From Bacteroidales bacterium (GTDB lineage: Bacteria; Bacteroidota; Bacteroidia; Bacteroidales; WCHB1-69), in contig JAFPVR010000010.1 in the NCBI GenBank assembly GCA_017395245.1, positions 65,942 through 129,941 on the forward strand: a DNA stretch of 64,000 nt. Direction: 5' to 3'. Shown here piece by piece: positions 36,278 to 44,182 of the stretch. The first letter of the stretch is position 1. Every line of letters begins with the position of its first letter. The position numbers and the translations under genes were made by a program. The notes under the pieces were generated by a model. The model was not told the DNA's origin, did no database searches, and worked only from the letters and a program-made list of their open reading frames with translations.

Positions 36278-37153
36278 TTAATAAACTTCGATGGTGTAAA
36301 CGAAGTCGAAGGTGTCACCAGGGGCGAGATGGTGGATGTATTTCCGTTTGGAGATGTCGTCAGTGAAGTCTTTGGAATCGCAAATGCCGCACCAAGGTTC
36401 AAGACAGACGAACGGACATCCCTTCTTATGGGGTGCCCAGATACCGTAAGCATCGGCTTGCGGACAGTTGACATTCAAGACGGGGTTGCAGTGTCTGTCC
36501 CACAGTTCGACCTTTGTCACCTGTCCCTCTTCGATGATCAAGGCATCATGAAGAAAAGTATCCGGCATGAGAGGGGTCTCACGAAGCAGCATAACCTTCG
36601 AGTTTCGTGGAACGCGGCATCCATCGTCAATATCGGAGATGAGCGTGGGGGAGACAAGTTCACCCTTCTTATTATAGAGGCGGATATATCCGTTCACCAT
36701 GCTTTCGAGGTCGTAATCCGGCAGCAGGAATCCCGGGTGACCGCCAATTTGGAAGTAAGCCTCTTTATTATCAAGGTTTTCCACGGTCCAGACCGTTTTC
36801 ACGGTACTGCCTTCCAATTGGTAGCGAACCTCCAATCCTAACTTATAGGGGTAAGCCTGCGAATGTTCGTTTTCCAGCATCCGCAGGTGCAGTTCGTGAT
36901 CGTTGGCCGGAGCGATTACCTCAAACTTGCTATCGCGTGCATAGCCGTGTTGATACAAGGGGTAGACCACGCCATTCACATGAATCTCGTTGTTATGGGG
37001 CTTGCCTACCGAGGGAAAAAGTATAGGTGCTTGGCGGTTCCAAAACTGCGCATCGCCCGTCCACAGGTACTCGCGTCGGTCTTTGGTGAGGCTTGTCATT
37101 TCAGCCCCGTGTTCCGCCACCTCAATGGTGATGATGTTGTTGGTAAGTTTCAT
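36278..37153 (-). CDS. aldose 1-epimerase (galactose mutarotase-like) family protein
   Basis: AEHGAEMTSL, APILFPSVGK and GGHPGF blocks. ~290 aa. Confidence 0.75.
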   Translation of the reverse strand: MKLTNNIITIEVAEHGAEMTSLTKDRREYLWTGDAQFWNRQAPILFPSVGKPHNNEIHVNGVVYPLYQHGYARDSKFEVIAPANDHELHLRMLENEHSQAYPYKLGLEVRYQLEGSTVKTVWTVENLDNKEAYFQIGGHPGFLLPDYDLESMVNGYIRLYNKKGELVSPTLISDIDDGCRVPRNSKVMLLRETPLMPDTFLHDALIIEEGQVTKVELWDRHCNPVLNVNCPQADAYGIWAPHKKGCPFVCLEPWCGICDSKDFTDDISKRKYIHHLAPGDTFDFVYTIEVY

Positions 37154-37255
37154 AATCGATATGGATTTGGTTGATTTTATTATTTAAGGGTTTCCAAAGT
37201 TCGACAGAGTTGGTCGGGAAAAGACGTAGGTTTAAGGAAACCGATAAGTCCGTGA

Positions 37256-37313
37256 TTTTATCTCCGCGTATCTGCACGTATAATTCTGCGTTAATCAGCG
37301 AATTCTACGGGAG
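37256..37313. repeat. composite intergenic element, copy B (1 partial subrepeat)
   Basis: TTTTATCTCCGCG TATCTGCACGTATAATTCTGCGTTAATCAGCGAATTCTACGGGAG. Ends 6 nt from the stop of the ATPase gene. Confidence 0.85.
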
Positions 37314-37319
37314 AATATT

Positions 37320-38387
37320 TTACTCATTGTTAACCATTATCCACTCGCGGAAGAAGGGGTCTTCCATCTCATAACGGTCCGTGTAAATCACGTAGCCATC
37401 TTTTTGCAAACGTTTCAAAGCACTATAGATTGTGCTGGTGCGGTGGTCGTTTGATTGTAACGGTTTGCCTGATGAAAGTCGCTGCAAAATCCACTTATTG
37501 GTGCGGTTGAAGTTCATCCACAAGCGTTCGTAGTCCAAGCCGTGGGTCGTCACGATATGACTGATAGCCGTTTTGAAAGGATCTTCAACATCGGGCTGTA
37601 AAACGCCCACTTGCCATATATTGGCTGCCAGTTGTTGCGAGTAATAAGGATGACAGGAGGTGTAATCCAAGATACAATCTGATAGTTCGTTGTAACTGTT
37701 TGGGTAACAGCTGGCCAAGCGTTCCGACAGATAACGATGGAAGTCCTTGCGAGGCAGTTTCCCAAGCCGCATCATCTCACCGAAGTGGTAAAAAGGCGAC
37801 TTTTTGTTCTCGAAAATTTCCGTCATCATACTTTCCTGGCTTCCCAACAAAATGTAGTTGATGTGTTTTTGCTCCTGCATAATGGAACGCAACTGTCGGT
37901 CGAATTTTGGGGCGAGGTCGCAAATATCCTGAAATTCATCCATCACCACAATCATCCGGTCTTTTTCAGAGTGGGCTTTCTCAATCAAAGTGAGCACATC
38001 TTCGAGTAACATAGTGCCATCTACGCCAGGCTGGAACGACACATCCATGGAGCCCGTCATCGGGTTGGTGGTGACGGTGGGAACGACACGAAAATGGGTG
38101 ATCAGATGTCGAATACGTTCCATCGGATGCACTTTGAAAAATTCTCGCAGCAGTTTTGAAGAAAGGTCGGAGACTGATGTGACCTGCTGGAGGTTCACCG
38201 TGATGTGCTTGCGTTTGCTCTGTTTCAAAGCCTTCGCCACCACGCTGCTTTTGCCGAAACGACGAGGACTGATGAGGATCAGGTGGTTTGGACTCTTTAC
38301 AAACTGGGTGATATAAGCTACCTCATTCACTCTGTCGGTGAAGTATTCTTCTTCCACGATGGTGCCGAATTTGAAAGGGTTTTCCAT
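37320..38387 (-). CDS. AAA ATPase (archaeal-ATPase-type ATP-binding protein, short form)
   Basis: FTDRVNEV...SPRRFGKSS (P-loop) and IVVMDEFQD. Start moved to MENPFKFG. Confidence 0.72.
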   Translation of the reverse strand: MENPFKFGTIVEEEYFTDRVNEVAYITQFVKSPNHLILISPRRFGKSSVVAKALKQSKRKHITVNLQQVTSVSDLSSKLLREFFKVHPMERIRHLITHFRVVPTVTTNPMTGSMDVSFQPGVDGTMLLEDVLTLIEKAHSEKDRMIVVMDEFQDICDLAPKFDRQLRSIMQEQKHINYILLGSQESMMTEIFENKKSPFYHFGEMMRLGKLPRKDFHRYLSERLASCYPNSYNELSDCILDYTSCHPYYSQQLAANIWQVGVLQPDVEDPFKTAISHIVTTHGLDYERLWMNFNRTNKWILQRLSSGKPLQSNDHRTSTIYSALKRLQKDGYVIYTDRYEMEDPFFREWIMVNNE

Positions 38388-38432
38388 ATTACGTATTTTT
38401 TCGTTACGAACTTTTTCGTAATAATCACGCTG

Positions 38433-38440
38433 CAAAAATA
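38433..38440 (-). promoter_or_regulatory. Bacteroidota-type -7 promoter box (TAnnTTTG on the minus strand)
   Basis: The plus strand reads CAAAAATA. It lies 45 nt upstream of the start at 38387. Confidence 0.45.
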
Positions 38441-38492
38441 CGAATAATATTGAAACCAGCAAACAATAATTTCTTCTGAGAGGAAGATGTTG

Positions 38493-38561
38493 TTTTTATC
38501 TCCGCGTATCACGCGTATCTGCACGTATGATTATCTGCGTAAGTCTGCGAGTTCTGCGGGA
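38493..38561. repeat. composite intergenic element, copy C (1 subrepeat)
   Basis: TTTTTATCTCCGCGTATCACGCG TATCTGCACGTATGATTATCTGCGTAAGTCTGCGAGTTCTGCGGGA. Ends 3 nt from the upstream gene's stop. Confidence 0.85.
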
Positions 38562-38564
38562 TTA

Positions 38565-40010
38565 CTACTTCCGCTTCTCATGCCACTCCCGAAGCTTTTG
38601 CATCTCCTCCTCCGTGAACGTGCTGTTGCCGTAGCGGTCGATGAAACCGCTGAGGCCATTCCAGGAGTCAGGGGAATAGCCCCCTACCATAAACCAACCG
38701 TTCACTTTTGGTGAAGTGATATAAGCGTATGGTCCTGAGATGATTAACTGGCCTTGCTCGTCAATCAAGGTGGTTTGGCCGTCACCTGTATTCACATTTC
38801 CATATCCATCTCCTCCAAATATCGGCGTTTCATATTGGCACGGCACAATCAGTTCAAAGTCTCGGTTGACGAAACCCCACTTGCCGTTGCGTTTCACAGG
38901 AATCATGGAGATGTAGGGCAATAATTCCTCCTCATACTCCATTCTTTCAAATGCATCCACCTTCTTGCCCTGCCGGTCGTAGATTTCGCATGTCGCGTTC
39001 CAATCCTGATCGCGTTTCAGTATCGCAATGCGTTCGCCGGATTCACTTAGGATAAATTCGTGAAAGGAAGAAACCAGAACTTTCCCATTTCTGTTGAGCA
39101 GCACCTGAGTGTTCATATCGTCATCATTTTTCCCTGGAATTAGGAGTTCAATGATATCCGATTTTGGGAAAAACCACAGGTACGATGCTTCGTATAAGAA
39201 GGGGACTACCACATTGTTCGTCGAATCCACCACGCCCCACTTTCCTGCCTGACGTACAGCGAAATAGCCCATATCCGAGCCCCAAATCATTTCGTACTTG
39301 CAGGGGACGATTTCCTGTCCTGTGACAGAAAGCACACCGTATAAGTCTTGCCTTTCTGCTTCAAGATAATGATCGTTGTAAGAGTACAGGAGATTATAGA
39401 CAAAAGGAATCACGGTGTCGCCGTGATGGTTGACTGCACCGACAACCTTTTCATTCCTTTTTTCAATGATAAAAAGGTCCGGACCGGCTATTCTCACACG
39501 GTCATACTGGCAGGGCAGTATTTCGCGACCAGTAGAATCCACTACCCCCTCTTTTCCGTTCATATCTGTTAATACGATCATCCCGTACTCAAAAAAGTCA
39601 TCAACCTCTTCCATATCGTACCATACCCTGCCGTCATATTTCGGGGGTATCACCCATTCCAGTTTCCGGTTCATGAAGCCTAAAAGGCTATCTTTCATCA
39701 CGAAGATCAGGTCGGAATGCTCTTGGAAACCGATGTCGCTGTACTCGCAGGGTAAAATCTGTCTCCCATAATCGTCAATAATGCCAAAACGGTTTGGCCA
39801 TGCTTTCTTTGCATTGTTGTCCGAGAGTTTGCTCACGATTATCCAGCCGTGGCGGTCGAGGTAGTCGAAGTAATCGTATTTCCGGAGGGAATCTCCGAGT
39901 TGCTGCAGCCGTGCCTTGCTCTCTTCGGGCGGAAGGGGTGCAGTAGGTTTTGTCTGCGCCCACGCCAGCAGTGGGAGCAACAAAATTGCGATGATGAGGG
40001 TGCGGTTCAT
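38565..40010 (-). CDS. secreted WG-repeat (KWG) protein
   Basis: Signal peptide MNRTLIIAILLLPLLAWAQ. Repeated motifs GKWGVVDSTNNVVVPFLYE, GKWGFVNRDFELIVPCQYE and GKEGVVDSTGREILPCQYD. Confidence 0.75.
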   Translation of the reverse strand: MNRTLIIAILLLPLLAWAQTKPTAPLPPEESKARLQQLGDSLRKYDYFDYLDRHGWIIVSKLSDNNAKKAWPNRFGIIDDYGRQILPCEYSDIGFQEHSDLIFVMKDSLLGFMNRKLEWVIPPKYDGRVWYDMEEVDDFFEYGMIVLTDMNGKEGVVDSTGREILPCQYDRVRIAGPDLFIIEKRNEKVVGAVNHHGDTVIPFVYNLLYSYNDHYLEAERQDLYGVLSVTGQEIVPCKYEMIWGSDMGYFAVRQAGKWGVVDSTNNVVVPFLYEASYLWFFPKSDIIELLIPGKNDDDMNTQVLLNRNGKVLVSSFHEFILSESGERIAILKRDQDWNATCEIYDRQGKKVDAFERMEYEEELLPYISMIPVKRNGKWGFVNRDFELIVPCQYETPIFGGDGYGNVNTGDGQTTLIDEQGQLIISGPYAYITSPKVNGWFMVGGYSPDSWNGLSGFIDRYGNSTFTEEEMQKLREWHEKRK

Positions 40011-40028
40011 GATGGGTGATCTATGATG

Positions 40029-40115
40029 ATTATCTCCGCGTATGACGTTTTTATCTTCGCGTATTTCGCGTATTTGCACGTATAATTCTGCGTTAATCTG
40101 CGAGTTTTGCGGGAG
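40029..40115. repeat. composite intergenic element, copy D (2 subrepeats)
   Basis: ATTATCTCCGCGTATGACG TTTTTATCTTCGCGTATTTCGCG TATTTGCACGTATAATTCTGCGTTAATCTGCGAGTTTTGCGGGAG. Confidence 0.85.
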
Positions 40116-40121
40116 GATAGC

Positions 40122-40619
40122 TTATTTCGGCATCAACTCCTCCAGATAGGACTTCAGTGTCCCTTTTTCGCGCATTTTGAGGAACTTCTCCGCGCCTTTG
40201 TCTCTTCCAAGCTCTTTCTTGTATTTCACGTAGTAATTGAGGGCGGTGGTCACCCCGGCGAGGCAGCCTTCCAACTGGTCATCGCTTTTGTACTGAATGG
40301 CATACTGTGCCCAGCCCCCGAGTAACAGAATCAGCAGGTTCCTGTTCTCGAATTCCGCAGCGGCTGCATTAAGCTCAATGCGCACATCGGGAGTGCCGAA
40401 CAGCCACCAGACCGCAAATTCCGACACTTCTTTCCGCCGAGGGTCGTTAGGGGAATGTGTCTTTAGCCATTCGATGCAGTCCATGGCGGGAAGTGTGTAG
40501 TTGGCATACTCGGACTTTTCGATTTCTCCCGGGATTTCCGGAACGGTGAATGTTATGTTCTGCGCACTCACGCCTTGCGCGAGGAGCAGGCTGAAAATGA
40601 TAACGGCAATTTTTTTCAT
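40122..40619 (-). CDS. secreted hypothetical protein (165 aa)
   Basis: Signal peptide MKKIAVIIFSLLLAQGVSAQ. No recognised domain. Confidence 0.55.
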   Translation of the reverse strand: MKKIAVIIFSLLLAQGVSAQNITFTVPEIPGEIEKSEYANYTLPAMDCIEWLKTHSPNDPRRKEVSEFAVWWLFGTPDVRIELNAAAAEFENRNLLILLLGGWAQYAIQYKSDDQLEGCLAGVTTALNYYVKYKKELGRDKGAEKFLKMREKGTLKSYLEELMPK

Positions 40620-40683
40620 ATCAAGAATTTTTGTTTTTTATACTATTATGATGCAAAAAAGTCACAAGGTTGCAGTTGGGTTG

Positions 40684-40795
40684 TTTTTTTATCTCTGCGT
40701 ATCACGTTTTTATCTCCGCGTATCACATTTTATCTCCGCGTATCGCACGTATCTGCACGTAAATCTTCTGCGTTAGTATGCGAGTTCTGAGGGAG
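40684..40795. repeat. composite intergenic element, copy E (3 subrepeats)
   Basis: TTTTTATCTCTGCGTATCACG TTTTTATCTCCGCGTATCACA TTTTATCTCCGCGTATCGCACG TATCTGCACGTAAATCTTCTGCGTTAGTATGCGAGTTCTGAGGGAG. Confidence 0.85.
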
Positions 40796-40798
40796 AAA

Positions 40799-42157
40799 TC
40801 ACTTTTTTCTCACCTTTTTATCTCCGGCTAACTCTGAATAATAGGTAATCTCGCGTTTGTCAACTCCCATTTTCTTCCCTTTGTAATAAGTTTCGCGGCG
40901 GATCCAGTTGCCATGGGAGTCGTATGTGTAACGATAGGAAAGAGTATTTGAGATGGTGTCGCGGCGTTCGTCTAATCCATTACAATGAATTTCCACTATG
41001 TTGTTATGGTCGTCGTATTTGTATCCCACGTATGTACACCTTTGGGTTGGAATTAAGCCGACCCCGTCCAACAAGATGCCTGTATCTGCCCGCATTTCCA
41101 CAATTCTGCCGCAGGTATCATACAAAATGGTCGCCTCAGTTTGTTCAGACCTCTGTATATCAACAGAATATTCAATCAGCCAGCCATTCGGGTCAAAAGT
41201 ATACTCTCCTGGAGTGAGAAGGCGTTCGGGCAATCCGAATAATTCGTAAATAGATGGGGTTTTACCTTCGAATCGGTCTCGTTCTTCACATTTTGCCATA
41301 CGATTTTCGAAGAACGTCTCCAGATAATCTATCGGATTATCATGCACTAGGATGTAATCCAGACTGTCGCTGCCACACGATTTGTCGCACCAAGTGACGT
41401 GCAGTGTTGTAGAATTGTCAGAAAGGGTATAGTAGTGCAGACGCCGCAAATCGCCTTTCGGGGAACAGGTGGGCTTATCCGCCAGAACCGCTGTACAATG
41501 GTCGGAACCGTACTGGAAGGCATAGACACTTTGGGGAAGGTTTTTGTAATTTGAGTCAGGGTCCCAGTCGTCCACATAGACCAGTCGGTTGAGAGAATCG
41601 TAAAACAGATGCCATTGTTGAGAACGGGAATTTTTGCTCTTGTAAAGATAAACCAAGTTCCCATCAGGATCATATCTCAATAATGTGGTGTCATAACTAT
41701 GGTTTGGGATATAATCCGTGTAAGCGATGAGTCGGCCGCCCTGGAAAGACGCATTCTTCTCACCATGATAGTAATCCGAATATACTTTTTCATTCTTCTT
41801 CTTGAACGGTTTACTCATATCATGGATGAAATAGTCTCCGCGCATAGTGTACTGGGAATGCATCCGTTGCAATTTCCCTGTTGTATCATACTCGTATTCC
41901 CATCGTTCATTCGTAACAACATCTTGAATGCGATGCTTTTTTCCAAAGCAACTCCATGGGTAAGTCCTTATAACATTGGGCGTTTCGGACAAATAAACAA
42001 CGCACGCTACATCTCCGTTCAATAGGAAGTCTTCCGACAATTTCGGTACAGGCACGAACGCATCGACACGTACCACAGACGAGAGTGTGGGGACATCGTA
42101 CTGCGCCCATGCCAGCAGCGGGAACAGGAGGATTGCGATGATGAGGGTGCGGTTCAT
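40799..42157 (-). CDS. secreted protein with YD/RHS-like repeats
   Basis: Signal peptide MNRTLIIAILLFPLLAWAQ. YEYDTTGKLQRM, RYDPDGNLVYLY, YDTCGRIVEM, YKYDDHNNIVEI and YTYDSHGNWIRRE. Confidence 0.55.
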   Translation of the reverse strand: MNRTLIIAILLFPLLAWAQYDVPTLSSVVRVDAFVPVPKLSEDFLLNGDVACVVYLSETPNVIRTYPWSCFGKKHRIQDVVTNERWEYEYDTTGKLQRMHSQYTMRGDYFIHDMSKPFKKKNEKVYSDYYHGEKNASFQGGRLIAYTDYIPNHSYDTTLLRYDPDGNLVYLYKSKNSRSQQWHLFYDSLNRLVYVDDWDPDSNYKNLPQSVYAFQYGSDHCTAVLADKPTCSPKGDLRRLHYYTLSDNSTTLHVTWCDKSCGSDSLDYILVHDNPIDYLETFFENRMAKCEERDRFEGKTPSIYELFGLPERLLTPGEYTFDPNGWLIEYSVDIQRSEQTEATILYDTCGRIVEMRADTGILLDGVGLIPTQRCTYVGYKYDDHNNIVEIHCNGLDERRDTISNTLSYRYTYDSHGNWIRRETYYKGKKMGVDKREITYYSELAGDKKVRKK

Positions 42158-42176
42158 GATGGTTGATTTAAGGTGA

Positions 42177-42240
42177 TTATTTCTGCGTATCACACGTATC
42201 TGCACGTATATTTCTGCGTAAATTTGCAAGTTCTGCGGGA
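42177..42240. repeat. composite intergenic element, copy F (1 subrepeat)
   Basis: ATTATTTCTGCGTATCACACG TATCTGCACGTATATTTCTGCGTAAATTTGCAAGTTCTGCGGGA. Confidence 0.85.
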
Positions 42241-42246
42241 ATTAGA

Positions 42247-44025
42247 TTATTTGTCCACATCCGTTTCTTTGTCGCCTCGGAACGTGACAGGCACCTGCAT
42301 GAAGCATCTGACGGGCAATCCCTGATTTGTGGCGGGCTTCCATTTAGGCATCTGTTGGAGGACGCGGACCACCTCTTCGTCGCAGGAATGGAAGAGCGGC
42401 ACTTTGATGGTGACCTGCCCGATTTGTCCGTCTTTCTCCACCGCAAACTCGGCAAGCACAGTGCCGAAGATACCGTTGTCGCGGGCATCCTGGGGACACT
42501 GTATCATTTTCGCGAGATAGGCGTTCAGGGAATCCGGACCGCCGGGAAATTCGGGCCAAGTCTCTGGCAAGGGGGCCAAATTCTCTTCATTCTCAAACAA
42601 ATCCTCATACCATTCTTTTATTTGAATAAGTTCTCCTTCTGTAAAAGTACTGTTTCCGTAACGGTCAATGAAACCTATCAAGCCTTCCCAGTACGCAGGA
42701 GGTTCGGGATAGGACTCGACCTGAAACCAGCCGTTCACGGAAGGACAAATCCACTGGTAAGGGCCTTTCACTAGAGGTTCGCCCTGTTCGTCAAAAAGCA
42801 CCAACGGAAGGTCGGTGTTTGTGGAGGTGGCGTAGCCATAGCCGCCACCACCACTTGCAGGACTGTCATACAGGCACGGTACAACCAGTTGGAAGTCGCG
42901 GTTGACGAACCCCCATTTGCCATTGCGGTTTATGGGGATCATGGTTTCGTCATTCACCCATTTGGAACCAGCAAATTCGATGTTGTTGTAAGCGTCCACC
43001 ATTTTGCCATTGCGGTCATATATTTTGCAAAACAAGTGGTCTTGTGTGGACGTGTTTTCACCCCAAACTGCAATTTGTTTACCAGAGATACCCGGAATAC
43101 TGTATTCGTATGAGGAAACCAACACTTTGCCGTTTTTGTCTAGCAATTGTCTTCTACCGTTCTCCTGCAATAACTCAAACATATCTAACTTACTGATAAT
43201 ATGTATGTTTTGCGCTGGCATAAACGAAACTACAAGATTATTCAACGAATCCACCACACCCCATTTGCCGTTTTGTTTCACAGAGAAAAGTCCTTTCTCA
43301 TAATTCCAAATTTGTTCGTATATAGAAGGAAGGATTTCTTGTCCAGAGGTTGTGATCACTCCATATAAACCTTGTTTTTTCGCTTCAATATACTGGTCTC
43401 CAAGAAAATGCAGATGCTCGTAATCGAACGGGATTATAATCTTGCCGTGCCTGTCGAGTGCTCCGTAACGGTTCTCATAATAGGTCAAAAGCAGATCTTG
43501 TCCGGCAATTTCCACCCAATTGTATCGGCAGGGCAGTATCTCGCGACCTGTAGAATCCACAACGCCGTACTTCTGAGTTGTGTCAGACGTCACCAACATT
43601 CCATACTGGAAATAGTCGTCACACTCCATGGAACGCCAGTCTTCTGCTTCAAATTTTGGCGGTATCACCCATTGCAGTTGCCGGTTGATGAAGCCTGCCG
43701 AATGACTGTTCTTCGCCACCATGATCAGGTCGGAATGCTTTTGAAAACGGATGCAATAGTATTCGCACGGCAACACGGTCTGCCCTTTGTCGTCAATGAT
43801 TCCATAAGCAGACGAATAGGTGCGATGATTGGTTTTTGTCACTTTCTCCACCACCATCCAGCCGTGTCGGTCGAAGTTTTCAAAGCCGTCGTATTTCCTC
43901 AAGGAATCTCCGAGTTGCTGCATCCGTGCTTTGCTCTCTTCGGGCGGCAGCGGCGCGGTCGGCTTCATCTGCGCCCACGCGAAGAGTGGGAGCAGGAGGA
44001 TTGCGATGAGGACATTCTTTTTCAT
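42247..44025 (-). CDS. secreted WG-repeat protein fused to a TonB C-terminal domain
   Basis: Signal peptide MKKNVLIAILLLPLFAWAQ. Collinear with 38565..40010 up to FIDRYGNSTFTE, then PEFPGGPDSLNAYL...GTVLAEFAVEKDG...VPVTF (TonB_C pattern). Confidence 0.75.
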   Translation of the reverse strand: MKKNVLIAILLLPLFAWAQMKPTAPLPPEESKARMQQLGDSLRKYDGFENFDRHGWMVVEKVTKTNHRTYSSAYGIIDDKGQTVLPCEYYCIRFQKHSDLIMVAKNSHSAGFINRQLQWVIPPKFEAEDWRSMECDDYFQYGMLVTSDTTQKYGVVDSTGREILPCRYNWVEIAGQDLLLTYYENRYGALDRHGKIIIPFDYEHLHFLGDQYIEAKKQGLYGVITTSGQEILPSIYEQIWNYEKGLFSVKQNGKWGVVDSLNNLVVSFMPAQNIHIISKLDMFELLQENGRRQLLDKNGKVLVSSYEYSIPGISGKQIAVWGENTSTQDHLFCKIYDRNGKMVDAYNNIEFAGSKWVNDETMIPINRNGKWGFVNRDFQLVVPCLYDSPASGGGGYGYATSTNTDLPLVLFDEQGEPLVKGPYQWICPSVNGWFQVESYPEPPAYWEGLIGFIDRYGNSTFTEGELIQIKEWYEDLFENEENLAPLPETWPEFPGGPDSLNAYLAKMIQCPQDARDNGIFGTVLAEFAVEKDGQIGQVTIKVPLFHSCDEEVVRVLQQMPKWKPATNQGLPVRCFMQVPVTFRGDKETDVDK

Positions 44026-44083
44026 ATCAGGAACTCTTATATGATTATGACGCAAAAAAGTCGAAAGGTTGCAGTTGGGTTGA

Positions 44084-44176
44084 TTTTTTTTATCTCTGCG
44101 TATCACGTTTTTATCTCTGCGTATCACACGTATCTGCACGTATATTTTCTGCGTTAGTCTGCGAGTTCTGCGGGAG
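44084..44176. repeat. composite intergenic element, copy G (2 subrepeats)
   Basis: TTTTTTATCTCTGCGTATCACG TTTTTATCTCTGCGTATCACACG TATCTGCACGTATATTTTCTGCGTTAGTCTGCGAGTTCTGCGGGAG. Confidence 0.85.
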
Positions 44177-44182
44177 AAACAA

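Noticed and set aside
38565-44139. N-terminal extensions in the ORF track: MQIREIREDKNVIRGD..., MQIYAEIYVQIRVIRRNN..., MQIRVIRRDKNVIRRDKK... Also MTTTSPPST...YAELYVQIRAIRED in 33483..34256.
   Set aside because: They are translations of the composite intergenic repeat. A canonical signal peptide or conserved N-terminus starts at an internal Met in every case.
34059-44176. The composite repeats as integron attC sites or as DnaA-box clusters (TTATC...).
   Set aside because: No integrase is present in the window. The element is built from direct rather than inverted repeats and lacks RYYYAAC/GTTRRRY cores. TTATCTCCG does not match the TTATCCACA DnaA box, and the copies are spread over 10 kb.
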